Of a DNA stretch of 64,000 bases, positions 9,424 through 18,320 are shown one piece after another. The DNA is taken from contig JBGSYD010000011.1 in assembly GCA_041751055.1 (NCBI GenBank), forward strand, positions 2,506 through 66,505, given 5' to 3'. The position numbers and the translations under genes are program-made. The first letter of the stretch is position 1, and the number at the start of each line of letters is the position of its first letter. The notes under the pieces are model-generated. The model did no database searches and was not told where the DNA came from. It saw nothing but the letters and a program-made list of their open reading frames with translations. The DNA is from Acidimicrobiia bacterium (GTDB taxonomy: Bacteria; Actinomycetota; Acidimicrobiia; Spongiisociales; ZC4RG35).

Positions 9424-9455
9424 GTCGCAGGAGTGTAAGCGCTACTCCGAATTCG

Positions 9456-10430
9456 TCAGACGTTGTCGCCCAGGAATATCTCCGAGACTGAGGAGTCCAT
9501 GAAAATTGCCTGCAAAGCCTCGGCGAGGATCGGCGCTATCGACAGCACCTTCAGCTTGTCCAGCTTTAGAGCGTCGTCGCTTACCGGCAGGGTGTTGGTG
9601 ACGATCACCTCATCGATGGGAGCGTTTTTCAAGCGGTCAATGGCCGGATCGGAAAGAATGGCATGGGTAGCGGCGATCCGAACGCTGAGGGCTCCGTACT
9701 CCCTCATCATCTCGGCCGCATTGCAGACGGTCCCCGCGGTGTCGATCATGTCGTCCACGATGACGACGTGTTTGCCCTTCACGCGGCCAGCCATGGATAG
9801 AGCGTGTGACACGTTGTGCTCGTTGGGATCGCGACGCTTGTAAATAAAGGCGACAGATGCATCACCCAGGCGTCTGGCATATCGCTCGGCACGCTTCACT
9901 CCCCCGGCGTCCGGCGAAAGCACCGCGATCCGGCCTTCGATTTGCTCCGCCACGTAGTCGGCGATCATCGGAATGGCAGTGAGGTGATCAAAAGGCTTCT
10001 GGATGAAACCCTGGAGCTGACCGGTGTGCAGATCGACGGAGACCAGCCGGTCGGCACCGGCAGTCATGAACAAGTCGCCGACGAGACGGGCTGAAATGGG
10101 CTCTCGAGGCAACACCTTCTTGTCCTGCCGGGAATACCCGTAGAAGGGCATGACCGCTGTGATACGACGAGCCGACGCCCTACGCAGGGCATCGATCGTG
10201 ATGAGCTGCTCCATGATGTGGTCGTTGACCGGTGCGCAATGACTCTGCAGCACGTAACAATCGGCACCACGGACACTTTCCATCGGTCGGGTGTAGAGCT
10301 CGCCGTTTGCGAATTGGGAACGCTCCAGCTTGCCCAGTGCGGTACCGATGACCTCGGCTACCTCGTCAGCAAGCGGCAGATTGGCGCTTCCGGAGAAAAG
10401 CATCATCCGGTTGCGAGAGACTATGTCCAC
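9456..10430 (-). CDS. prs: Ribose-phosphate pyrophosphokinase
   Basis: Likely GTG start at 10430 with GGGAG RBS; FANGE, MPFYGYSRQDKK, DLHTGQLQGF, SPDAGGVKRA, VDDMIDTAGT. Confidence 0.95.
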   Translation of the reverse strand: MDIVSRNRMMLFSGSANLPLADEVAEVIGTALGKLERSQFANGELYTRPMESVRGADCYVLQSHCAPVNDHIMEQLITIDALRRASARRITAVMPFYGYSRQDKKVLPREPISARLVGDLFMTAGADRLVSVDLHTGQLQGFIQKPFDHLTAIPMIADYVAEQIEGRIAVLSPDAGGVKRAERYARRLGDASVAFIYKRRDPNEHNVSHALSMAGRVKGKHVVIVDDMIDTAGTVCNAAEMMREYGALSVRIAATHAILSDPAIDRLKNAPIDEVIVTNTLPVSDDALKLDKLKVLSIAPILAEALQAIFMDSSVSEIFLGDNV

Positions 10431-10482
10431 TGGGCTCCCGGGTCGTCGGTGTATGTCGATTGTACCGCGATCTTCAACTGGA

Positions 10483-11871
10483 CTACGACTCCTCGTCCTT
10501 CTTTGCGGCCTGTCTTTCGGCGCGTCTTTGAGCGTACCCAGGGATAATCCGCTGCTCATTTCTCTCGACAGCGAGAGCATCAGCCTCGATGTCTTTGGTG
10601 ATGACCGAACCTGCGCCGGTGATGGCGCGATCGCCGACGGAGATCGGAGCCACGAGCATCGTGTCCGATCCGATGAAGGCCTCATCGCCGATAACGGTCG
10701 CGTGCTTTTCGTATCCGTCGAAGTTGCAGGTAATCGTGCCGGCCCCGATGTTGGCGCGACGACCGACCGTGGCATCTCCAAGGTAACTGAGATGAGGTGC
10801 CTTGGCCCCCTCTCGAAACGTCGTGTTCTTGGTCTCGACGAACGTGCCAGCCTTTGACCCGCGCTCGAGAACAGTCCCCGGACGCAACGATGCGTACGGC
10901 CCAACCTGACAATCCTCGCCAACACTCGCTGAGCGCAGCACCGAATACCAGACAAGGGCACCTTTACCGATAGAAGAGTCGACAGCAAAAACATCCGGCC
11001 CGACCTGGGAATCGGCTCCAACTGTCGTCTTGCCCTCCAGATGGACACCGGGGTAGATGGAGGCGCCAGGCTCGATGGTCACCGTGTCGTCGATATAGGT
11101 CGATCGGGGGTCGATAATCGATACGCCTCGCTCCATGTGTTCGCGATTGATTCGCTGCTGAAGCAGTTCCCGTGCATCGCTCAATTGGTCTTGCGAGTTT
11201 ATTCCGACCACCTCCTGGGCATCGGCGGTGACAGTGGACAGTTTGGCACCTCGTTCATACAGAATCCCAATTACATCGGTCAGATATCGCTCACCTTGCG
11301 CATTGTCGCTTTCTATCGATTTCAAACTCGACACGAGGTCAGCGGCACGAAACGAATAGACACCGGCGTTGATCTCAGTGATGGCTTTCTGCTCATCGGT
11401 ACAATCACCATCTTCGACAATTGCCACGACCTGTCCGCCAAGACGAACCACGCGACCATAACCCGATGGATCGTCGACATTCGCCGTGACCATCACGACG
11501 CTCACATCCGGAGGCCTGGTGGCAAGGGAACCGACCAGGTCGTCGGTTAGGAGAGGCATATCCCCATACAGAACGACGATGGTGTCGTCGTCGGCGACGC
11601 CGTCGAGGGCAGACAGCCCGACTTCGGTTGCGTGGCCAGTGCCAAGTTGTACCTCCTGGACGGCGACTGATGCCATCTCCGGAAGTAATGGTGTGACCTG
11701 ATCGGCCCCATGCCCCACAACAACAGCTATCGAGTCGGGTTTCGCCGGTAACACCGCCTCCATCACCCATCCGATCAGCGACCGCCCGGCGGCAGTATGC
11801 GCCACCTTTGGCAACTCGGATTTCATCCTCTTCCCCTGGCCCGCGGCCAGGATGAGCACATGGATTGGCAA
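10483..11871 (-). CDS. glmU: Bifunctional UDP-GlcNAc pyrophosphorylase / glucosamine-1-P acetyltransferase
   Basis: ILAAGQGKRMKSELPKV, QLGTGHA, GYGRVVR, EINAGVY, hexapeptide repeats, HLSYLGDA; likely TTG start at 11871. Confidence 0.95.
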   Translation of the reverse strand: MPIHVLILAAGQGKRMKSELPKVAHTAAGRSLIGWVMEAVLPAKPDSIAVVVGHGADQVTPLLPEMASVAVQEVQLGTGHATEVGLSALDGVADDDTIVVLYGDMPLLTDDLVGSLATRPPDVSVVMVTANVDDPSGYGRVVRLGGQVVAIVEDGDCTDEQKAITEINAGVYSFRAADLVSSLKSIESDNAQGERYLTDVIGILYERGAKLSTVTADAQEVVGINSQDQLSDARELLQQRINREHMERGVSIIDPRSTYIDDTVTIEPGASIYPGVHLEGKTTVGADSQVGPDVFAVDSSIGKGALVWYSVLRSASVGEDCQVGPYASLRPGTVLERGSKAGTFVETKNTTFREGAKAPHLSYLGDATVGRRANIGAGTITCNFDGYEKHATVIGDEAFIGSDTMLVAPISVGDRAITGAGSVITKDIEADALAVERNEQRIIPGYAQRRAERQAAKKDEES

Positions 11872-11894
11872 TTCAGCCTTTCGGGTTGTGTGCG

Positions 11895-11966
11895 CTGGGG
11901 GGGCAGGGCTCGAACCCGCTCTTACAGGTCCAAAACCTGCCGTGCTACCGATTACACCACCCCCCA
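11895..11966 (-). tRNA. trnQ: tRNA-Gln (anticodon TTG)
   Basis: Reverse complement TGGGGGGTGGTGTAATCGGTAGCACGGCAGGTTTTGGACCTGTAAGAGCGGGTTCGAGCCCTGCCCCCCCAG folds as a cloverleaf; no encoded CCA. Confidence 0.95.
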
Positions 11967-12049
11967 TAAAATGAGAGAGCGCTGACAGAATAACTGAAGG
12001 AAACAGCTGAGCGACCCAAGGTGCTCCCACCCTGTTGAACTGCACGGTC

Positions 12050-12385
12050 GGGACCACCCCGCCCTCCCCCTCGCTGCGCGTTGTCCTCCCGCTTGCGCCG
12101 AGGTTGGTCCCTGCACGAGCGTCAGCGAGTGGAGGTAGGAGGCAACCCTGGCGGGTTGCTTGGGGGTTGCTCCGCAACTCCAGGGCATGATCCCGCCCGC
12201 GTTGAGATCGGGTCGCGTCCCACGCCGAGCCTTGCCGTTGGGAACTAGCCACCCTCCCCCCTCGCTGGCGCTCGGGTACTCGGGAGCCCCAAGGGGGTTC
12301 CTTGCCGCAAGCGGAGGGAGAGTAAGAGCAAGCGGAGGGAGAGGCGAAGCAAGCGCGGGAGAGTCGGCGTTGTGCTCCCGAGTCC
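12050..12385. repeat. Mosaic intergenic repeat region (REP/BIME-like)
   Basis: CCCTCCCCCTCGCTG twice (about 12062 and 12252); three tandem GCAAGCG(G/C)..GGAGAG units at 21-bp period (12307, 12328, 12349) enclosed by a 10-bp inverted repeat ACTCGGGAGC/GCTCCCGAGT. Confidence 0.6.
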
Positions 12386-12410
12386 AAGTCCGAAAAGGAG
12401 CTGCAACTCC

Positions 12411-13028
12411 CTAGCTTTGCAAGAGGATCACCGCGGCGAACGTCAGAACCAACGAGTTCCCCAGGATCGCCGCGACCGCTCGGGCAGTTGGCCCGAGCCG
12501 TTGACCGGCGAAGGATCCGACACCAGCGAGGAGTGTTTGCCAGGACAGCGAAGCCAGAAAAGCGCCGCCTGCGAATAGGAACCCCTCTGTTGCCGAGAAC
12601 TCTTCGGCGATCCCAAGCCCGATTATCACGGCTGCGAAATAGATGATCGTCGTCGGATTGATGATCGTCAGCCCGACAAATCGAACATAGGTCCGGCCCA
12701 GTTCTCCGATGTTGGGGCCGCTCCGCTTGACAAACTGGGCCGGACCAGATCGGATTCGCAGGAGCCCCCTGACGGCGATGAGAATCAGCAAGACTGCACT
12801 GGCGACGCGAAATTCGTCACCGACCGAGTTGACCGTCTCGCTGAGAGCAACCCCACCAATCACTGCAAGGCTTGCGTACATCAAGTCGGCAGTTGCTGCC
12901 CCGGCGCCGGCCGCGAAGGACTGGGCGAAGCCATTTCTCAATCCGGATTCGACGATAAGCACTGAAATCGCACCGACGGGAATTGCGATTCCGTAGCCGG
13001 CCAGCAAACCGGTCAAAAGGGCTTCCAC
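12411..13028 (-). CDS. LysE-family translocator
   Basis: Likely GTG start at 13028 with GAGG RBS; GYGIAIPVGAISVL, GAATAD..YA, LTIINPTTIIYF. Confidence 0.88.
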   Translation of the reverse strand: MEALLTGLLAGYGIAIPVGAISVLIVESGLRNGFAQSFAAGAGAATADLMYASLAVIGGVALSETVNSVGDEFRVASAVLLILIAVRGLLRIRSGPAQFVKRSGPNIGELGRTYVRFVGLTIINPTTIIYFAAVIIGLGIAEEFSATEGFLFAGGAFLASLSWQTLLAGVGSFAGQRLGPTARAVAAILGNSLVLTFAAVILLQS

Positions 13029-13029
13029 G

Positions 13030-13881
13030 TCAGTCCTCGGCGTTCTCGACCCGCTCCACCCCTTTGGGTCGGAGATCAACACCAACAGCTGCCCGTGTGC
13101 CAGATACCGAGCCTGCAGCCTCTGCGGCTTCGGCTCGATCGCTGAAGAACCCATAACAAGCAGGGCCGGTGCCCGTGAGTAGCACTGCCGAGTCCCAAAG
13201 CAGGCCAACATCGTGCACGAAGTCGCCGAGGGCTGGTTGAAGATCAACGGCTGCCCGGTAGAGGTCGTTTTGGAAGGGGAAGGTGTCACGGAGAGCAGGC
13301 GGCAGAAAGCGATCCGGGAGTTCAAATCCCCCGGGCTCACCCAGGTCGTCCCATCTCTGATACACATCGGCTGTCGACAGTTCGAAGTTCGGCACGACAA
13401 CAGCAACAGCAAACCCTTCGAGGCCAGTCATCTTCTCCAGCTTCTCTCCATACCCCGTCATCTCCACTGTCCCCCCGGAAAGGAGAACCGGGACATCGGC
13501 GCCGATCCGCGGGGCAATGTCCACCGCAAATGATGGCGGGCGTTTAGCCAGCTCACAGCAGGCCAGGAGGGCGGCTGCGGCGTCGGAAGAGCCGCCACCC
13601 AGCCCGGCCGAAACTGCGATCTCCTTCTGTAGTAGAACCGAGACCGGGGGCACTGCTACCGACTTTCGGAACTCCTCGATGGCCCTGACCACGAGATTGT
13701 CGGCACCGTCGGAAACATCTGCGCCACTGACTTCCAGCTCGTCCTCGTCCGCGACGGCGAAGTCGATCAGATCGCACCACTCGATGGTTTGAACGACCGA
13801 TCGCAAAGGGTGATATCCACGTTCGTCGCGACTGCGAACAAGCAGGTTCAGGTTGATCTTCGCCGGTGCCTCGTACCTCAT
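13030..13881 (-). CDS. ispE: 4-diphosphocytidyl-2-C-methyl-D-erythritol kinase
   Basis: MRYEAPAKINLNL...GYHPLRSV, KEIAVSAGLGGGSSDAAA, IGADVP, NDL. Confidence 0.92.
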   Translation of the reverse strand: MRYEAPAKINLNLLVRSRDERGYHPLRSVVQTIEWCDLIDFAVADEDELEVSGADVSDGADNLVVRAIEEFRKSVAVPPVSVLLQKEIAVSAGLGGGSSDAAAALLACCELAKRPPSFAVDIAPRIGADVPVLLSGGTVEMTGYGEKLEKMTGLEGFAVAVVVPNFELSTADVYQRWDDLGEPGGFELPDRFLPPALRDTFPFQNDLYRAAVDLQPALGDFVHDVGLLWDSAVLLTGTGPACYGFFSDRAEAAEAAGSVSGTRAAVGVDLRPKGVERVENAED

Positions 13882-14687
13882 GTCTCCACACCAGCCAGGG
13901 CGAGGAACTCCGCCGGAGAAAGGTCTTCGGCCCTGCGGGTCGGGGCAATTCCAACGCTCTCGAGGATCTGCGTTGGATCGTCCAGAACTCCGTCGAGTGA
14001 GCGGCGCAACATCTTGCGACGTTGTCCGAAGGCAGCCTGCGCCAGCTGAATGGCCCGATCGGCTGTCTGGGGGAATTCGATCCTGGGCATGACTACAACT
14101 GATGACTCGACAGTCGGCGGCGGGAAGAAGACCTGCGGGGGGACTCGAAATGCGACAGTCGGCTTGGTGTATATCTGTGCGATGATCGAGGGTAGGCCGT
14201 ACTCCTTGCCGCCAGGAGCGGCCACGAACCGATCTGCCACTTCCTTCTGCACCAGCACCACAAACAGCTCGATATTCATGTGATTTCGCATGGCATCGAG
14301 CACCAACGGCGTGCCAACGTTGTAGGGAAGGTTCGCCACCATCTTCCATGGCCCTGTTCCCAGCGCCAGACCGAGGTCGACATCGGTGATGTCCTCGATA
14401 CGGAGCTCCACACCCGTTCCATCCAGGACTTCCGTCAGCAACCGTCCCAATCCTGCATCAACCTCGTAGGCAACAACATCGCCACCCGCCGCTGCCAGGG
14501 CCAGAGTCAACGTGCCGGTTCCAGCGCCAACTTCCACGATTCGATCGCCCGGACCCACACCGGCCGTAGTGACGATCTTGCGGGTGATGTTCCCATCGGC
14601 GAGAAAGTGCTGCCCGAGCCGCCGGTTCGGTGAGAGACCATATCGATCGAGAAGGTCCGCGATCTCGGATCTGGTCTGGGCGCTCAA
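13878..14687 (-). CDS. rsmA: 16S rRNA adenine dimethyltransferase
   Basis: LGQHFL.D, EVGAGTGTLT, VANLPYN, QKEVADR, AFGQRRKMLR. Confidence 0.96.
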   Translation of the reverse strand: MSAQTRSEIADLLDRYGLSPNRRLGQHFLADGNITRKIVTTAGVGPGDRIVEVGAGTGTLTLALAAAGGDVVAYEVDAGLGRLLTEVLDGTGVELRIEDITDVDLGLALGTGPWKMVANLPYNVGTPLVLDAMRNHMNIELFVVLVQKEVADRFVAAPGGKEYGLPSIIAQIYTKPTVAFRVPPQVFFPPPTVESSVVVMPRIEFPQTADRAIQLAQAAFGQRRKMLRRSLDGVLDDPTQILESVGIAPTRRAEDLSPAEFLALAGVET

Positions 14688-15430
14688 GGCGCGAAGACCT
14701 TGGTGGCATTCTCCGAGGTAAACGCGGCCACATCGGTTACCGGAAGACCCCAGACGTCAGAAAGTGCCTTGCCGACCAGGGCGACCCACGCCGGCTCGTT
14801 GGGCCGACCGCGATATGGCGGCGGAGCCAGATATGGCGTATCCGTCTCGATCAAGGCCCGTTCCGGTGGGACCAGGGATGCCCCGAGGCGGATCGTCTCA
14901 CCTGTCTCGAAGGCCACCGGCCCGGCGTACGAGAACATGACTCCGAGTTCGAGGAACCGCTTGGTCCATCGCGTCCCGCCTGTCCAACAATGGAGCACGC
15001 TTCTGCTGCCCGCTTCTTTCTCCTGGAGGATCTCGAACACTTCTGAGAATGCATCGCGGCAGTGGACCACCACGGGCAGGTCGTGCTCGATTGCAAGATC
15101 GACCTGCTCTGAGAACGATCGGATCTGGGCTTCGCGTGGCGCGAGATTGCGGTAGAAGTCCAATCCCGTCTCCCCGATCGCAGAAACCAGTGGGGCCAAA
15201 GACTCGATCCGGGACCGCTCGGAGTCCCATCGCTCGGCCTCATGAGGGTGCAGCCCTGCCGTCGCAAGGACTCTTCCAGGGAAGCGCTCACTCAGTTCGA
15301 CAGCAGCTGCCGATGAGGCGGCGTCCACGCCAGGTGCGACCACCCAGTCGACGGCATCGGCTCGACTCAAAAGTTCCTCAGCGTCTCGTTCGTCGAGCTG
15401 CAGATGGCAATGTGTGTCGACCCAAGTCAC
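14684..15430 (-). CDS. tatD: TatD-family hydrolase
   Basis: VDTHCHL, AGLHPH, IGETGLDFY, VHCRDA, LHCW, ETDTPYLAP; likely GTG start at 15430. Confidence 0.92.
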   Translation of the reverse strand: MTWVDTHCHLQLDERDAEELLSRADAVDWVVAPGVDAASSAAAVELSERFPGRVLATAGLHPHEAERWDSERSRIESLAPLVSAIGETGLDFYRNLAPREAQIRSFSEQVDLAIEHDLPVVVHCRDAFSEVFEILQEKEAGSRSVLHCWTGGTRWTKRFLELGVMFSYAGPVAFETGETIRLGASLVPPERALIETDTPYLAPPPYRGRPNEPAWVALVGKALSDVWGLPVTDVAAFTSENATKVFAP

Positions 15431-15485
15431 CGACGCATCACCCACTACCGGCGTTGTAGGCTCGACGGGAAGGAGGAATCTCTGC

Positions 15486-15722
15486 ATGGACAGTGGAATC
15501 GCACGCAAGATTGACGACCTTGGTCGGATCGTCATTCCCGCCGAGACACGAAAGCTGTTCAACATCAGAGAAGGGGATCATCTGTTCATCGCCGTAGAGG
15601 GGGGTTCCATAGTCATGCGGAAGATGACTGACACCTGCACTTTCTGCGGCACCGACGATGGCGTCAAGCAATTCAAGGGCAAGGGGATCTGCGCGGGTTG
15701 CAGAAATCAACTCATCCCCTGA
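15486..15722 (+). CDS. AbrB/SpoVT-type DNA-binding protein with C-terminal Cys4 (Zn-ribbon-like) motif
   Basis: MDSGIARKIDDLGRIVIPAETRK...CTFCG...ICAGC; strong AAGGAGG RBS. Confidence 0.88.
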   Translation: MDSGIARKIDDLGRIVIPAETRKLFNIREGDHLFIAVEGGSIVMRKMTDTCTFCGTDDGVKQFKGKGICAGCRNQLIP

Positions 15723-16549
15723 TCGTCAAGCAGAGCCTGATAAATGTCGCGACGGCCCGTTCCCAGGTCTCCTGCAACCATTCTGGCGGCTTCGGATAGA
15801 GACGTCCCGGAGGCAACCAGCCGCTTCGCCGCCTCCACTGCAACGCCCAGGTCTGCTCCGACCGTATTCGCTGGCCCGATGACGAGTGTGAGTTCGCCTT
15901 TGACCTGACGCGGTCGCCATTGCTCGACTGCTTCGCCGAGGGTCCCGACCCAAACCTCTTCATGCAACTTGGTCAGTTCCCGGTTTATCGAGATCTGCCT
16001 GTCAGCCCCGAGCACCTCGAGAAATTCCTCGAGGTCGCCGATCAGGCGATGTGGCGTGACAAACCAAACGACTGGCCGGTTTTCCATGGCGGTGGCCTCG
16101 ATCCGTGTGCGCCTCTCCTTGGCCTTCTTGGGCAAGAAGCCCTCGAACACAAAACGTCCGCCTTGGAACCCGGATAACGCCACGGACATGGTCACCGAGC
16201 TCGGACCGGGAATGACCGTAACTTTCATCCCGGCTTGTCGTGCCAATCGAACCGCCACAGATCCAGGGTCGGAGATTGTTGGCATACCGGCATCGGAGAC
16301 CAGCGCCACTTTCATGCCGGCCCGAAGATCATCGACGAGCATTTCGGTACGTTCCGACTCATTGCCAGCGAATAGGGACCTGGTTTTCACCTTCAAATCG
16401 AGGTGGTTCAAGAGCTTGGCCACCCTCCTCGTGTCTTCGGCATAAACGACATCAACCAATGACAGTGTCTTCGCCAAACGATGCGAAATATCGCCGAGGT
16501 TCCCGATCGGCGTGGCACAAACAAACAATTGACCCGGATCACTCATCAA
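15707..16549 (-). CDS. rsmI: 16S rRNA (C1402-2'-O)-methyltransferase
   Basis: LFVCATPIGNLGDI, AEDTR, VSDAGMPTISDPG, FEGFLP, RELTKLHEE. Confidence 0.95.
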   Translation of the reverse strand: MMSDPGQLFVCATPIGNLGDISHRLAKTLSLVDVVYAEDTRRVAKLLNHLDLKVKTRSLFAGNESERTEMLVDDLRAGMKVALVSDAGMPTISDPGSVAVRLARQAGMKVTVIPGPSSVTMSVALSGFQGGRFVFEGFLPKKAKERRTRIEATAMENRPVVWFVTPHRLIGDLEEFLEVLGADRQISINRELTKLHEEVWVGTLGEAVEQWRPRQVKGELTLVIGPANTVGADLGVAVEAAKRLVASGTSLSEAARMVAGDLGTGRRDIYQALLDDQGMS

Positions 16550-16856
16550 ACGTCACTATCGCACCGAGGCCTGGGACCAGACGTCCCGCTGGGAACTCGA
16601 TGACGTCCCAGGCTTCGGGGAAGAAAGCGATCCGGTTCGGGCGCAGATCACGTATCTCCAAGACTTCTCCGGATGGGGACGTCGATACGGCTCTGATATG
16701 TCTACTGAAGCCGATGGTGTGGATGCTCCTGGTCCGGATCAAAAGGCCGTTTTTTGCACTAGGGGAACGCATTCCGAGGAAACGATCCGCAAAGGTTTCC
16801 GCTTTTGCCACGGTGGCACCGTCCCATCCCGGCGACCGCAATTTCACAAGCCTCAC
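16539..16856 (-). CDS. DUF192-like protein
   Basis: AETFADRFLGM...GLLI...SIHTIG pattern. Confidence 0.65.
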   Translation of the reverse strand: MRLVKLRSPGWDGATVAKAETFADRFLGMRSPSAKNGLLIRTRSIHTIGFSRHIRAVSTSPSGEVLEIRDLRPNRIAFFPEAWDVIEFPAGRLVPGLGAIVTFDE

Positions 16857-16916
16857 CGCAACAAAGCTAGCGGTAGGGAGGGCCGTAAAACAGACCTTCG
16901 GTGGTCTGACATGGGC

Positions 16917-18221
16917 CTAGCTTTTCAGCGAATCGCGGATGCCTTCGCCCACTGCCGGAATGTCCGAGGCGATGAAGGCCAACTGGTCGTTGATGACCTC
17001 AACCCAGGCAAAAGCGGCATCGGGGATATTGGTGGTTGCGTACTCCAAAAACGCAATCCGGGTTTCTTCTAGATCCTGGCCGGTGTCGCCCTCATAGAGA
17101 ATCAAGAACGCCGCATTGGTTCCGTCGTACCAGAGGGAATAACGGTCCCCTCCCCAGCCATCGGCGGCAGTGAGAGTCGCCTCTTCGTCCATGACTCCCC
17201 CAAACATGACTCTTAGACCAAACTCACCCCAGACCGAGTTTTCCTCGAGGGTGTATCCGGGAACTGTGATGTCCGGCATTCGAACATCTATTGGCAAATC
17301 TCGCCCGTAGTCATCTGGAGTGATTATCTGCTCGGTCGAGCCAGGAAGGTCCAGCAGCCGACCGTATGCCTCGTCGACACTGTCCCAGCCATCGCTGAGG
17401 TATAAACCCTGAACAAAAGCAAGCCCGGTGTCATATGGGAAAATCAGCGTCTCCTGGAGAAACCGTGGTGCAGCGTCGAGCTGACCGGTGCCTGCCTGGA
17501 GGGCCTCCGCAAAGAACTCGCCCAGCTCGGTCTGGCTCAGGGTCTGCAGATACAGGACCTCGTTGAGGCTGGCGTCGCCCTCGATCAGTGCCTGATACGC
17601 CGAAGCTTCGTCATATCTCTGCTCATCGAACATTGCCTGGTACCCAGCGTGGAAATCAAAATTCTGGTCAGTAAGGGAGTGGGTCAACTCGTGGACCATG
17701 GTCGCTTTCTGAACTGGGCTGAAGCCGTCATCCCGGATTGGCACTACCAGCTCCCCCGTCTCGCCGTCATAGAAACCCGCTACCTGCTCGCCGTAGAGAT
17801 CCGACAGGAGGGTTGCCAGGTCTGCAGTCTTGCTGAGAAGGCCAAGCAATTGATAGAGGGCCTCGTCAACCGGAAAATCCTCGGCTTCCTCTTCGATCTG
17901 GGCCCTGACCCGCGCCTCCAGTTCGGCTTCGGTGACAACAGAGATCAGGGGTGGCTCGATGAAACTGAGCTCACGAAGGTCCTGCGTCAGGTTTACCAGG
18001 GCAAGCAACTCGTCTCGGACTTCCTGCGGAAGACCCTCCGTGCCAGGCAGCTCGGTGATGGGTGGCGGGCTCGTTGTGGTCGATGCGGTCGGGTCGGTCT
18101 GGTTTGCGGTCGTTGTCGAAGTCGTAGCTCCGGCGAGCGTTGTGTTCGACGTGTTGGACTCACACCCGCTCACGATCAGTATGAGGGCGACAAGAAGAGA
18201 GAAGCGACGAAGAAACAGCAT
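16917..18221 (-). CDS. Secreted lipoprotein with HExxH motif (putative Zn metallopeptidase)
   Basis: Lipobox LIVSGC, Thr-rich linker, GFYDGET, VHELTHSLTDQNF, ALIEGDA, FPYDTG, GWGGDRY. Confidence 0.65.
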   Translation of the reverse strand: MLFLRRFSLLVALILIVSGCESNTSNTTLAGATTSTTTANQTDPTASTTTSPPPITELPGTEGLPQEVRDELLALVNLTQDLRELSFIEPPLISVVTEAELEARVRAQIEEEAEDFPVDEALYQLLGLLSKTADLATLLSDLYGEQVAGFYDGETGELVVPIRDDGFSPVQKATMVHELTHSLTDQNFDFHAGYQAMFDEQRYDEASAYQALIEGDASLNEVLYLQTLSQTELGEFFAEALQAGTGQLDAAPRFLQETLIFPYDTGLAFVQGLYLSDGWDSVDEAYGRLLDLPGSTEQIITPDDYGRDLPIDVRMPDITVPGYTLEENSVWGEFGLRVMFGGVMDEEATLTAADGWGGDRYSLWYDGTNAAFLILYEGDTGQDLEETRIAFLEYATTNIPDAAFAWVEVINDQLAFIASDIPAVGEGIRDSLKS

Positions 18222-18286
18222 CGGACAACAGGTTACCGGCGAGGTCGGTAATAACTCTGTAGGTCAGGTGGACCATCGTTCCAGAT

Positions 18287-18312
18287 CATCCGGATCGAGG
18301 GGCGGCGACGAA
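18287..18312 (+). promoter_or_regulatory. Putative SigK-type ECF promoter of heliorhodopsin
   Basis: CATCC-N17-CGAA ending 8 nt before the ATG; same spacing and GGGCGGCG spacer as the motif at 23655-23680. Confidence 0.6.
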
Positions 18313-18320
18313 GAGAAGTT

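Noticed and set aside
12300-12370. Possible mini-CRISPR array
   Set aside because: Only three 15-16-nt units with 5-nt spacers; no cas genes; repeat and spacer sizes are incompatible with CRISPR
10431-12387. Long N-terminal extensions of prs, glmU, lysE, ispE, tatD and galU in the ORF track
   Set aside because: They run through neighbouring genes or the tRNA; family motifs and RBS or overlap patterns support the shorter starts given
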